Below, piece after piece: positions 39,070-51,598 of a DNA stretch of 64,000 nt (positions are counted from its first letter, which is position 1; every line of letters starts with the position of its first letter). A program made the position numbers and the translations under genes. Location: assembly GCF_036321535.1 (NCBI RefSeq), contig NC_087437.1:69752001-69816000 (forward strand), written 5' to 3'. The DNA is from Camelus dromedarius (taxonomy: Eukaryota). The notes below the pieces were generated by a model. It worked only from the letters and a program-made list of their open reading frames with translations. It did no database searches and was not told the DNA's origin.

Positions 39070-40570
39070 TATTTTGATGGCTATTTGCATGAAATCCCTG
39101 TTAAAATCTTTTGGCCAGCATTTCATTGGATCATTTATATATTATATATATTTTATATATCTTATATGTACTCTTAATACTAAGTTGTTAGAATTTTCTC
39201 TCAATATTTTTCTCAATCTGTACTTTGTCTCTTCATTTTCTTTATACAGTCTTTGGAGATCAGATGTTTCAAATTTTGATGACATTCAACCAATTCTTTC
39301 TTTTATAAATCATGCTTTTTGTATTCTATGTAGGAAATCTTTGCCTATTCCAAGACTACAAAGATTTTCTCTTATTTTTTTAGATGTTTTATCATTTTAG
39401 CTTTTACATTTAAATCTACTATACAGTCTGAGTTAAATTTTGTATGTGATCTGGTGTAAGAGTTGAGATTTATTTTATTCCATTCAGTTATTCATTCTCT
39501 AGTGCCTTTTATTGAAACCTTTATCCTTTTCCCCATTGAATTATCTTGACTTTTTATCAAAAATCAGCTGAACATATAACTATAGGTCTACGTCTGAATT
39601 CAGCGTTCTTGTCCACATGGCAATACCATACTGTCCTGATTACTGCAGCTTTATAGTAAATTTTACATTTGTATTTATAGTACATAGTACAAGCTAATTC
39701 TTTCTCAAAATTATATTGTCTATTTTAGGTCTTTTTGCCTTTCCAAATAAATTTAAAAATCAACTTGTCAGTTTTCCCCTAAAGAACGTGCTGGGATTTT
39801 GACCACGAAAGGCAAATTAAACGTACAGTGAGCTACCTCTACACACCCACTAAAATGTTTAAAATTATAAAGACTGACATTATCAGGTGCATTGGTGAGG
39901 GATGATTTGGAGCAAGTGGGACTCTGCTACATTGCTGATTAGAATAAAAAATGATATAACCACTTGGGAAAACAGTTTGTCAGCTTCTTAAAAAAATTAA
40001 ATATTCATTTACTATATGATCCAGCAATGTCACTCTTAGTTATTTAACTACCCAAGAGAAATAAAAAACATATGTTAACACAAAGACTTGTACATAAATG
40101 CTAATAGCAATTTAATTCACAATAGCCTCAAACCAGAAATAATCCAAATACACAGCAATGGGTGAGTGGCTAACAATTTATAGTGTATTTACACAGTAGA
40201 ATAATAGTCAGCAGTGCAAAGGCATGAGCTACTGGTACATTAAACAACCAGGATGAATCTCAAAAAGATGCTGCTTGAGAGAAGCCAGACACAAGAGTGC
40301 ATACAATATGATTCTTTTTATATGAAAATCTGGAAAAGACAAATACATAGTGATAGAAGGAAGATTGGTGGTTGCTGGGGAGTTGGGGTAGGGTTAGAAA
40401 TGGACTGGGAAAGGGCAGAAAAGGAACCTTTGAGGGGTAATCAAACTAGTCTATATCTTGATTGTTAATGAGAGGTAGGTGTATGCATTTGCCAAAGCTT
40501 ATTGAGTAAGCACAGTTAAATACATGCATCTAATTATATGTATATTATACATCCCTAAAGTTTATATTTA
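39070..40570. mobile_element. Ancient L1 (L1ME-like) fragments: minus ~39070-39800, plus ~39805-40570
   Basis: T-rich reverse ORF2 relic, then forward CCACTTGGGAAAACAGTTTG...GAAGCCAGACACAAGAGTGCATAC...CTATATCTTGATTGT. Confidence 0.7.
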
Positions 40571-41043
40571 ATAATTGGACCCCATTTCCTTCTTGAAACA
40601 CTCTTCTTTTTCAAGAAGTTTACGCTTTCATGGCCTTTCTCCTGACTTTCTAGGTGCTGCCTCTTGGTTTGCTTTGTTGACTCCTATCCATGAACGCCCC
40701 AGGGCTTAACCAGGTTGATTGAAATACTATCTACAGTATATGACTCTTATAGCTCCAGCTCAGCAATTTCTTCCCTGTTAGAAATCCAGAAATGCATCTT
40801 CCTTCTGGATATCTCCTATTAAATGTATGCTGGCTTCTCAAAATTAACATATCCAAGCTGAACTCATTTAATTTTTGAAACTGTTTCTCCCTCACTCTTT
40901 GCTTCCCCAGAGAATTGCATCATTGTAGACCCAGTTGTTCCCGACAAAAGTTTGAGGAACATCCTCAAACACTCCCCTTTCTCCTGCTCTCCAGATGGAG
41001 TCGATCAGCAAGATTTGTTCAGTCAACCCTTAACCATACCACG

Positions 41044-41456
41044 TGTATTAGTTAGTGTTCTCCAGACAACTTGAGCCAATAGGATATGTACATAGAGAAA
41101 GAGATTTATTATAAGGATTGGCTCACATAATTATGGAAGCTGACAAGTCCAAAATCTGCAGTGAGCTGGCAGGTTGGAAACCCAGAAGGGCTAATGTTCC
41201 AGTCTGAGTCCAGTCTGTCCGCTGGAGAACACTCTCTTACTTGGGGAAGGGTTAATCATTTTTGTTCTATTTGGGCCTTCAACTGATTGGATGAAGCCCC
41301 GCCACAGTTTTAAGGGTGTCCCGCTTTACTCAGAGCTCTCCAATGTAAATGTTAATCTCATCCCAAAACACCCTCATGGAAACCCTAGAATAATGTTTGT
41401 CAAATTAGCCGGACATTATGGCCCAGCGAGTCGACACATACAGTTAAACCATCACA
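41044..41456 (-). mobile_element. ERVL LTR (MLT2-like) inside an L2 relic
   Basis: TGTATTAGTTAGTGTTCTCCAGA...GAGATTTATTATAAGGATTGGCTCAC...TTAAACCATCACA; 5-bp flanks CCACG/CCACA. Confidence 0.85.
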
Positions 41457-42059
41457 CCACATTTAACCTCTCCCCTCCTTCTCCACCACCAATTCCCCTG
41501 TCCCAGCCACCATCATCTTTCACTTGGCCTCCCACTTCCATTCTTTTTTGCCTGCCATTCTCCCTTCCCTTTACATAATTATGTTCCCTTTTTATAAGAT
41601 ACATCAAATCACATTGACTCCCCTGACTTCGACTTCCTTAAGTGTTTACCCACTCTCCTTAGTGTCAGGTACAATCTCCTTATCGAGGCTACAATGACCT
41701 AATGACCTGGCCCATTCTACCCTGACAGTTTCACACTGTCCCACCCTCCCCTCTGCTCATCACCACTAGCCAGACTCCTCTGTTTCTGTTTCCTAGAACA
41801 TGGACTAGAACTTCAGGCCTTTGTACTTGCTGGTTCTACTGCCTCATCCTCTCCTCCTCACTTCTTCCTGCAGCTTCCTTCTTCTCACTCTTACCTCCTG
41901 CGTTTCTGTTCATTCCCCATCACTTCTCACCTAAACAATACCTTTAGCCTCATAAATAAAGTCTTCATCTTCACAGCTTCACAGCTTCACAGCTTCCCTG
42001 TGTTCTGCAGTATTGTCAGTTTCCTTTTTAAACCACAAATTCAGTCTCCATCTCTAATA

Positions 42060-42920
42060 TAAAGTCCTTAGCCCTTTTTGTTCCATAGCTCCTTTGTCAG
42101 CTGTTAAGTATAAGCACCCTTTACTCCCCTTCTCAAACTATTGTCAAAAAATAATAAAATAATGTGCATGCACTTAAGGCACAAATTATTGTGAAATACA
42201 TTATTGAACTTTTTCTAAAATTTGTGATACAATTATCAATGTGTTCCTTTGTTAATAACAAGATGTAGCAGTAGATCTCATTGCCAAAATTTTGAAGATG
42301 TGATTAGCATAAACATTTTTTAAGATATCTGTAACAAGTGTAATATGAAATTTTCTTTTGATGACAGGGTCACAGATATTGCCAGTACTACTATATTTTG
42401 TTAGCTACATTAATAATAGAAGGTGTTATGACACAGTATTTGTTTCCCCTCCAAATTCATATGCTGAAGCCCTAACCCACAACATTACAGTATCAAAAGT
42501 TGGGCCTATGGAAGGCAAATAGATTTGAATGAGATTATGAGGGAGAAGCCCCCGCAGTGGGATTAGCGCCCTTATAAGATGAGGAAGAGACAGCAGAGCT
42601 CCCTCTTTCTCTGCCGTGTGGGAATACAGCAAGAAGGTAGCCAGCTCTAAGTCAGGAAGAGGGCCCTCACCAAGAATCAAATCTGCTGTCACCTTGACCT
42701 TGGACTTCCCAGCCTCCAGATCTGCGAGAAATGTTGTTTAAGCCATTCAGCCTCTGGCATGCTGTTTTAGCAGTCCAAGGAGACAAAGACAGAAGGAAGG
42801 ATACACTAGGTTTCACATAATAATCAGTAAAATAAGGATGTATTTTATTTTCCGTGTATAAGTTTACAAACTCCTTGAATTCCATCCCAGATGGATTTTA
42901 ATAGTCGAGTCCCTATAAAC
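42060..42920. mobile_element. hAT-Charlie-type DNA element interrupted by a MaLR LTR
   Basis: CCTTTTTGTTCCATAGCTCCTTTG...CCCCTTCTCA...; the sequence resumes after the LTR. Confidence 0.55.
42424..42791 (+). mobile_element. MaLR solo LTR (MLT1A-like) with 5-bp TSD GAAGG
   Basis: TGTTATG...CCAAATTCATATGCTGAAGCCCTAACC...AAGACA; GAAGG at 42419-42423 and 42792-42796. Confidence 0.88.
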
Positions 42921-42938
42921 CAATTATTTATATGATAC

Positions 42939-43018
42939 AGTCAGTTTTCTAAACGTTTTACAAATAGCTCCAGCACTTAGTCAGTTTTCTAAACGTTTTA
43001 CAAATAGCTCCAGCACTT
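42939..43018. repeat. Perfect 40-bp tandem duplication
   Basis: AGTCAGTTTTCTAAACGTTTTACAAATAGCTCCAGCACTT x2. Confidence 0.97.
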
Positions 43019-46000
43019 CTCCCAGCCTCTTTTGCGTTCAGAATCACCCTTGTAATCTAATCTTCAGACATACAGACCTCTTATCATTTACAGTTCTATC
43101 AAATTATTTTGTGTCGTTAGGTCGGTGTAAGGGTGGTCTCTCTGGCTGGAATATTTTTCTCCTACTTCTTCATCCAGCATGCTTCCTCATCGCTTAAGAC
43201 TAAGCACCTCTGATTTCTCCTTCTCCAGGAAGCCTTTCTCAGTCTCCGCACAGTTTAGGCACACCTGCAGCTGGTTCTCACAGCACGCTGATTCCTCTGC
43301 GGCAGCCCTCACAAGCCTGCGCTACCCTCGTCTCACGTCAGTGTCCTTTATCGGCATGGACCGTGTCTTATTTCTTGTGCTACCTCCTGCGTTTAGGGCA
43401 GAACAAATGTGTGATACATTTCTGTGGCATCAATTGATGATGGTTTGAACCTGTAGTAGCTTCTAGGCTCCTGTGGAGTAGTCAGAAAACAAAAATTGAG
43501 CATGTGTAAATAGGAAAAGTGAGTTCATTTCAGTTGCCCTGGTAATGGCTTGGAAGTAGCAGATAAGGACTTGAACTTATTAATACACAACATAATGCAA
43601 CAGCGTCAACGTATGCCTCACAGACTGTTTGGAGAAAAGACCAGCAAGAAGGAGAGGAAAGAACAACACGACTTTGCCTGCTCAGGAAAACAGTAAAGCC
43701 CCTTTCCAGAGCAGGCCTGGGGTGCTGGCTCATCATCCCTGCTTTAAGTGATGCCCTGGTAAAATGAGCTCTTCCTAGATGCTAATTCCTTTGGAAAAGA
43801 TCCAGGATAGATATTAGTGACAATTGGTTCTGTGTTATAGCTGTTAAGGTGAGGTTTTTGTTTTCATTTTTGTTTTCAATTTTTACCTCTTATCTCCCTT
43901 TCTACACCTTATCAAATTATTATATACATGTATATATATGTACCATGTGCATATTAAATATGTATGTATACATATATGTGCATATGCATATATACATATA
44001 TTTGTGCATATATAGTGTTTTCTACTCTAGGCAAAAAAAAAGTTATACTAATTTTTACTTCGTTAAACACCCACTCTATTGGAGCACAACAGTAATATGC
44101 CGAGAGTAAATATTTAAAAATATTTGTTCAACATAGTTTGCTAGTAGGAAATGATTTGTGTTAATTAAGATGTATAATTACTTTCATACCATATGCTGTT
44201 CTGATGTAAAGCAAGGTTCGATTTCTGAGGGAGATACCTATGGTTTCAAGATTAGATCACAGCCAGTATCCCGTTCTTCTAAACATATAACATCGTTATG
44301 ACTTTCACTCAGAGCTTTGAGATGAGGAAAGTATCACTAACCTCACTGAACCTCACTTCCGACCTTAGCCAGATATTATCATGTTTTTCTCCTCAGTAGA
44401 CATAATGGTGTCATCTCTCAGCGTTTTCAGCTTGTGCATTAAATCTTGAAAATATCTGACCAACGTGTGGGGAAAGGATGAGGATATGCTATACACACTG
44501 GGCAGCAGATCACCATGCTTATGCCACTGATAGTGTGAAAAAGTCCAGGGGGCAAGAAACCAGGACCAGCTGGGTGGGAGGTTATCTGGGCTGGGACAAG
44601 GATGGAGGGTCTGATATATCACGAATCTTTTAAATTGTACCCCACAGAAGCGCAATTCAAACTAGCTTAAGCAAAAAAGGGTATTAACACACGTAACTGA
44701 AAAGCCCAAGAATAATAGTACTTGCTTCAGGTGTTGTTAAAACTAGATGACCAAACAATGTTACCAGGATTCTGTCTCTTTCCATTTTGGGAGCAGGCTC
44801 TCTCCAGTTAGTGAGAAAACAGTCATCTTCTGTGAAATGCATCACTTGTCTAGGCATCCTACCAGGAAATAGGTTTTTTTCCTGCTAGCTCTGGAAAAGA
44901 TTCCACAGGAGGACTGATTTTAAGTCACAAACCTGTAATTAAACAAACCACTGTGTCCAGGAGATGTACAGTCTGATTGGCCAGGCCTGCTTCTTGTGTC
45001 TATTCTATGTTGCAGAAGAGAAGAAAAGATTCAGGGTCAGCTCCACTGAGACTAAACAGCATTGATTCAACATAAGAAAGAGGTTGCCCGTTGCCAGAGG
45101 ACTGTGAAGGGACACTGGGTGGGCAGGAAGAAGACACCCACTGCTAAGTAATGTTATGAGACAGTGGTCCATGGATAACGCTGTTGTTAGGAGGGACTAG
45201 TTTTAAAAGTGAGAAGGTCAAAAAGTATGTACCAAATTCAAGAACCGAGTAAAAGGCTTAAAGTAAAATGTGTAATTACTATTTTGAGATTTATTTATTT
45301 GCCACTTATTGAGATCTTGCTTGATATCAGCAGTGTTTTAACAGCTGGAGACTGAAACAAAACAGGGAAAGCTCTTAATTTCATGAAACTTATGTCTAGT
45401 GATGTAAGACAGGAGAATAAAGCAATTGGGTGAAATTTTATTGGAGACGAGACTTATCTCTACTTGAAATACTCTCATAGGAAAGAGTGATAGAAAATAC
45501 TGGGCAAGCTGGTCATGGAAGGCTTTGATGAGCAGGTGACAGTTGAGAAAAGACCTGAAAGAGCCATGTGGGCATATAGGGAAGAGCATTCCGAACAGAG
45601 GGAGCAGAGAGGGCAGAAGCAGCAATGGAGGACCAAGCTGCAAAGAGTGGAGCAAGGAGGGACAATGAGATGTGACTGGAGTCATTCAGCCACCATTTAG
45701 GGACAGAGTCCAAACTTGTGAAAGTCATTTGGCCATTGCTACTCAAGTTCATCATTGGGTCTGATCCTTAAGACTGCTAGGTTCTCAGGGAAATACTTCA
45801 TCCTCTTCTTGGACAAGGGGCCTGGTTGCAACTTGGAGCTCCCATGCGAATTTTGCAAAAACCAAAGGAAGGGAAAAGGAGGTAGAGTGACAGGCAAGAG
45901 TCAAAGCCCTTTCATTCATTATTCAGTCATCTATGCATGCAATCTATTCATGCGTTCTTGAAGCATTTATTTCATATCTGCCTGCTATTTCCGGACACTT

Positions 46001-47067
46001 GGGTAACTAGAGTACAAGACGAAGCAGGACAAAAATCCCTCATCTAAGCCGTTTACAGCCTGGCAGGAGCTGTCCATGCAGACAGGGTGGGCTACGTCAG
46101 GGAGGGGAAGGCAGGGTTCTTAAATCCAGACTGGCGGGAGGTCAGAAATTCAGCAGGAGCAGCCTTGCAGAGCTCTGTCGTGATCCCTCTACACTAAGTT
46201 GGAAGCCCGTTCCCCGCCAGGTGGAGGTGATGGTTAGAGTCTGACTCTTGCTGCTGTGAGAGCTGGGACCCAGGGACCCCACCCCACCCCCTCAAGTGCC
46301 ACTGAACATCCCCCTCCAGGCCCTCTAGGCCCTGTCTTTACCTAGTAAAGAAGAAGAGGGGAGGACCAAATGGGTAGAAAAACAAAGAAAGACACATACA
46401 AAATTTCCTCCACTTGTTTCCACCCTGCGTCTTTCTTTCCCAACACGGTGGAAAAGAAATTTTTAAGAAGCATAATTCTTCTCTACGTGCTTAAAAAAAA
46501 AATTCCAAAAGAGAGAGCTACCTTCTTTTTACTTTGATGTATGAAATGAAATATCCGTCTTTGCCTTATCTATAGTTTAAAAACAAATTTGTACCCACGG
46601 TGTGGTCATCAGTGAGCCCTTCATGAACACAAGCTTTGTAGTGATGGAGTCTTGCTTCATAACATGCTCTTCCCAGACAAATGCGGGTCCGACAGGTGAT
46701 AAAACCCACCAGACATCGCAAACTGGTGGCTCGGTTTGGCAGCCCAGGGTTATTCTTGTTTACTATTTAATTTGTTTTCAGAATGTTTAGATAGGTCATG
46801 AATTGTCCAGTTCGCCCCAGCCCCAATCAGCTTGGAACCACTCCACCTTGTCTACATCCAGATGTTTCATTGTCTATACCTTCTCTTGAAAGCAAGGAAA
46901 CTTCTAGGAATATTAGACCCTTAATTCCCAGGTCCTCAGGCACCAACCCACTCTCTAGTCTTGCATTCCCTGGGGATCACAAAGACCTCACATAATCACA
47001 GCTGTCCAACTGTCATTAGAAAATGTTCATCTAGAGAACACAATTCTAGCATTCCCTTTGGGAACAC

Positions 47068-47335
47068 CAGGGCCGGGTTAGGGTGAGGTGAGTGAGGTGA
47101 CTCAAAAAATTAGTAATCAAGGTAAATAATATTGAACTTTTAATATTTTAAATATTTTTTATTTTGAAATATTTTAAAATCAAAATTAATGTAATATTTT
47201 AAAAATCAAAATGAATGTAAAAAGTGTCTATGATAAATGAAATATCAAAATTTCAAATTAAAAAACATGTTGTTTGTTTGTTTTTGCTGTTTGTTTGTTT
47301 CAGGACCCTGCATGATTGCCCAATAGTGCCAGCCC
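47068..47335. mobile_element. hAT-Tip100-type MER (MER96B-like)
   Basis: CAGGGCCGGGTTAGGGTGAGG...AGTAATCAAGGTAAATAATATT...AGTGCCAGCCCT. Confidence 0.55.
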
Positions 47336-48478
47336 TTTCCCATCAGCCCTCAGCATTCTGGCCCTATCAGCAGGTAGGTTTGTGAGGGCTAACTGGTGCT
47401 GGTGTGCCAATTGGTCAGGTAGAGTGGCACTTTCCATATAGTTTTTTTTTTTTTAATCATAGAGCTGTTATTAACCTTCCCATTTGGTTCAAAATACAGG
47501 ATGATGTTTTAATAAGTGTATAAAGAATTGCACATTTTCCCTTTTATATCAGGCTTCACTGAAGCACCAATGTGAACCATGAATTCTAAAGTCCTCTCTT
47601 ACTTAGCCGTCTGTATGAAAGTGTCTGCAGTGTGGAAAGCAGTTTACAAAATAGTATGTACGCACGAGCCTACTTTAGTTTTAAGTATATATCAATATAC
47701 ACATGTGAATATAGACGGATAGATAAGTGGATAGTATATGGGAAGGGAGGGTGGCAGATAAGCAGGCAGGCAGACTATATGAAGTTCTATCTCTAAATGT
47801 TAAAATGCTCGATTCCAGGTGGTAAACTGTAGATTCGTTTTAATTTCTTTTTTCCTATTTTCTACTCTTCTACAATGAAAGAGTATTCTTTGGATAATGA
47901 AACAATAAAATTACTTTAATGTTCTTGTGACAATCCCACGTGCCTTCATAGCCTGATTATATGTGATGTAATAATAACCAGCAACATTCTTCTTTGTATG
48001 GAGGCATCTTGCTTCATCAAAAATGTACTTAGTAAGGTACCATCTGTGACACTAAATATGCTATAATTACCAACAATATACCTATAAGAAAAGAAATCAG
48101 GTAGCCAATCTGCTAGAAAATGCACGTTCAAAACATCCTCGCCACTTTACTAGAACTCATCAAGAACATTTAATGACTCCTCATTCTTGTAGCTGTAATC
48201 TTGTCCTCATTCACAATGACTGTGAATTTCTTTCCAGGAGGGAAGGGCAAAATCACAATTACACAGGAGGAGTAGATATGTGACCGAAAGAGGTGGTGAG
48301 TATGGATGCAGGCTTTTCCTACATGATAGGCAGGCTTGAGTTTCAATCCGTTAGGGGGAAAAAAGTGAGGTTTTTTGAAATGAAAAAAGCCCACATTTTT
48401 AATGTTCATTAGCTAACGTTTAGCTAGAAGGGTCACCAATCATTAAATTATTTTTATAGGTGGCTTAGCAGAAGCTGT

Positions 48479-48492
48479 GTTTCCATGACAAC
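48479..48492. promoter_or_regulatory. RFX X-box motif
   Basis: GTTTCCATGACAAC (reverse complement GTTGTCATGGAAAC). Confidence 0.5.
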
Positions 48493-50328
48493 AGACAATG
48501 TATGGAAGGTAAAAAAAAAAAAAGTTAATGGAATTTGTGGTGATCTTAGGAATGCTGTATGGAAATCATTCATTAATCTGATTTTCCTGTTGCTCAGGCT
48601 TTCATGCCAGCTGCAGAACCGGCCTTCCTGGGGCTGGCTGAGATTGGAAATAATGCATTTTTGAGAGCTCCAATGTGCTTTTCCCTAGGGAGTTGAGACA
48701 GAGAGTTTGGCAATCCCTCCTTGATCTATCTTTTGAGCCAAATATGGAAAGAGACCACTATGGGGGAGGGGGGAAACACCTTAGATCGCCTCAAAATGCC
48801 TAAGGAAAGTGTAGGCTTGGTCAGAGGAGCAGACACAAGTTTTATCCTTATTCTCTTCTGGAATCCACATCCGCAGGTTTGCTTATGAATTAAATGCTAC
48901 ATGAGAAAAAGAGGAAGCAGGGTGCTTTCTAGATTTCTGAACAAAACCACTGGGTGGATGATGGCAGAAAAGACTGAAGCATGAGCAAAGTGTGAGTAGG
49001 ATGGTGGGAACAAAACGTTCTATTCTAGAAACCCTTCATCTTCAAAGAGATCAAATTGTATTACATCATGACTGAACATGTTAGATCCAAATATTACAGC
49101 TCGGTCAAAAGAATTTACTTCATGCAGACATGGCTGTGGTTTTGCTGTCAATTGCATATTGGGCCTAATTCCCAGAATATGATCTTATTACCACTTGAAA
49201 GAATCATTTGTCAAGGTCAAAGCCTTTTTAATGTGTCCTCAACCTAGTTTTTTATTTTTTAAACAGTAATCCCTATATTTAACTTCTTCAAAGTATTCTG
49301 GTACAGTCAGTATCAGATCATAGGCATGTTGCTTTGAAGCATAGATCTGGGAAAGAAATTAAAGCATTTATCTTACCAAAAAAATCTTTGGGGTAAAACA
49401 GAATTCCTAAAGTAATATCCTGCCAATATGTTTCCAACCCGGATGACCTTTTTCCAACACCTTATCTCACATCTGATGAGAACATAATCAGAACAAGACT
49501 GAGTCCCAGATATTTGCAAAGTCTTCTGTGGGACTTAGGCCAACTCAGAATAAATTAAAACTGCTTACATTTTTTTATATGTTGTTGATGCTTTCCTTTT
49601 GACTTTTTTATGCATTTCCTTATAGACCTTTTTCCCTGTGGAAAGCAGCTGCACACATACCTGAGCAGACTTACCAAGGTGTAGGTTGTATCTCCTAAGA
49701 TCACTTATTTCCATGATCTTCATTATTTTGAAGGCTTTGATACAATTTTCTCTTCCTTGCTAGAAAATTCTATATGCAAGTGAATGCATAACACTGAAGA
49801 GTCAGCTGGCAAAGCTCATCTATGAAAACCAGGATCAGGGCAGAGTATGACTTGTCCAGAATTTTTATCAGGATCAACTTAGGAATTTAGAGGGGAAAGG
49901 AACAGCATCAGATGCTTCAAGATCTGGCAGCATTGCTTTGTTTCTTATGGGAATTGCTTACCTTCTAATAGAGGGTATTTAGAAAACAGAAATTGGAAGG
50001 AAATTTGAAAAGGATGGATGTGCTCAGTGTAAACCTTTTCTCTGTATACTATCACCATTGGCAGGAACAAAAATTGTAACTAATCAAAAGCCTGTCAGCT
50101 GCCTTGTGTGGGGATCTAATAAAAGTTAATAAACTGAAAAAAAAAATCAAATGGACCAGGTCAATACTTGGGTTAAAATAAATTATCTAAACAAAAGCCT
50201 GGGTTTCTAAGAGTTATACATGTCTCTACATTATTTAACTTAGCAAAACTTAGAATAACCTTCCATTGAGTAATTCTGAGTCACGAAAATACTCTGAGGT
50301 GATTTTTGTAGACGCAAGTCTTAGTGCC

Positions 50329-50722
50329 TGTTGTGGGTTGAATTGTGTCCTTCCTGATTTAATTCATATGTTGAAATCCTAAACCCAAATACCTTTGGAT
50401 GCGACCTCATTTGGAGATAGGGTCTTGATTGGAGTAATAAAGTTAAGGTGATGTCATTAGGGTGAGCCTTAACCCAATATGGCAAAAAAGGAAAATTCAG
50501 CTATAGAGATACCCACAGGTGATGTGAAGAGACATAGGAAGAAGATGGCCAGGAAGAGAGGCTGGGAACAGATTCTTCCCTCTCAATCCTGAGAAAGACC
50601 TATCCTGCCAACAACTTGACCTTAGACTTCAAGCCTCCAGAACTGTTCGGAAATAAATTTCTGGCATTGTTTAAGCCGCCAGTCTGTGGTGCCTTGTTAA
50701 GCAGCCCTAGCAAAATAAAATA
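50329..50722 (+). mobile_element. MaLR solo LTR (MLT1B/C-like)
   Basis: TGTTGTGGGTTGAATTGTGTCC...GACTTCAAGCCTCCAGAACTG...AATAAATTTCTG...GCAGCCCTAGCAAA. Confidence 0.85.
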
Positions 50723-50924
50723 GCTCCAGGAGGGCCAGCAGGGACCTAAGCCATTGGTTCTGACCCAAGCTTTTGGCTTCATCCGTCTTCTCTTGGTCAA
50801 GGTTGTTGGTGTCAGACTGTGAGGCCAGAAAAGAGACAAAACATAGGTGCTTTAATGTGTCAAACCAACTAATGAGAAGGTGGGACAGAAACACAGAGCC
50901 GCTGGAGTTTGATTACTCTCATGG

Positions 50925-50930
50925 TTTATT
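50925..50930 (-). terminator. Distal polyA signal AATAAA with downstream GU-rich element
   Basis: TTTATT at 50925-50930, with minus-strand CTCTGTGTTTCTGTCCC (50898-50882) downstream. Confidence 0.75.
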
Positions 50931-50989
50931 AATATTCAGATTGAAAAAGGAGCCTTAGAGCCGCAAGTTACGCTAATTGGCACATTTGC

Positions 50990-51003
50990 TTTATTTATTT
51001 ATT
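50990..51003 (-). terminator. Proximal polyA signal cluster (three overlapping AATAAA)
   Basis: Plus-strand TTTATTTATTTATT is AATAAATAAATAAA on the minus strand. Confidence 0.8.
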
Positions 51004-51249
51004 TTCAAAACAAACTGGGTTTTTGAATTTTTTTCCTTTTTGTTCATTCCATCACATTGAAGAGGAGGAAAAGAAAAATGGTTTTGAATTCACTCAATAT
51101 TTTGGACTCCTCAGATAAACGGAACATTGCACACACACTTGGAACAGAGAGAGAGAGAGAGGAAAGTGGACTCCCACAGGGCCACACGCACCAGATCAAA
51201 AAACTTGGATACAGTGCAAGAATTTCCCAAATGACTGGATCATCATTAC

Positions 51250-51290
51250 CAAAAACTCGCCATAACAACACCAAGAAACAAAAAATGTTT
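51250..51290 (-). promoter_or_regulatory. U-rich ARE-like element of GAP43 3'UTR (HuD/ELAV-type binding site)
   Basis: The mRNA sense reads AAACAUUUUUUGUUUCUUGGUGUUGUUAUGGCGAGUUUUUG. HuD binding to a U-rich GAP43 3'UTR element is established in rodent and human. Confidence 0.8.
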
Positions 51291-51509
51291 AAGCCACACT
51301 GTTTGACTTGGGATCTTTCCTGCTTTTTTTTTTTTTTTTTTAAATGTTTGCCACACAGAGAGAAAGAGGGCTAGTGGGTGGGAGAGGACAGACTCACAGA
51401 CGTGAGCAGGACGGGAAGGGGAACTTCAGAGTGGAGCCGAGAAGAGGGCGGGGAGAGACAGGGCTCAGGAGAGGGGAGGGTGGGGGTGTGGAAAGCCATT
51501 TCGTAAAGT

Positions 51510-51598
51510 TCAGGCATGTTCTTGGTCCGCCTCGCGTTCTTCTCCTTTACCCTCATCCTGCCGGGCACTTTCCTTAGGTTTGGTTTCATCTACAGCTT
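51510..51598 (-). CDS. GAP43: GAP43 (neuromodulin) terminal coding exon (exon 3), phase-1 acceptor, ends in TGA
   Basis: The minus strand reads ...CCCATCTGTTTCCTTCCTCAG|AA GCT GTA GAT GAA ACC AAA CCT AAG GAA AGT GCC CGG CAG GAT GAG GGT AAA GGA GAA GAA CGC GAG GCG GAC CAA GAA CAT GCC TGA = (E)[28 protein letters not shown]. This is the recognisable GAP-43 C-terminus, preceded by a polypyrimidine tract and CAG acceptor (51601-51599). Confidence 0.97.

Larger units (their letters stand above)
50908..51509 (-). other. GAP43: GAP43 3'UTR
   Basis: Follows the stop codon. It contains a C/U-rich proximal part, an internal A18, the U-rich element, a GUCCACUUUCCU(CU)n tract and AATAAA signals. The 3' end is estimated from the distal AATAAA. 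Confidence 0.9.

Noticed and set aside
46060..46090. REST/NRSE-like sequence (GGAGCTGTCC; also TTCAGCACC at 3499)
   Set aside because: Half-sites only; no complete 21-bp NRSE seen.
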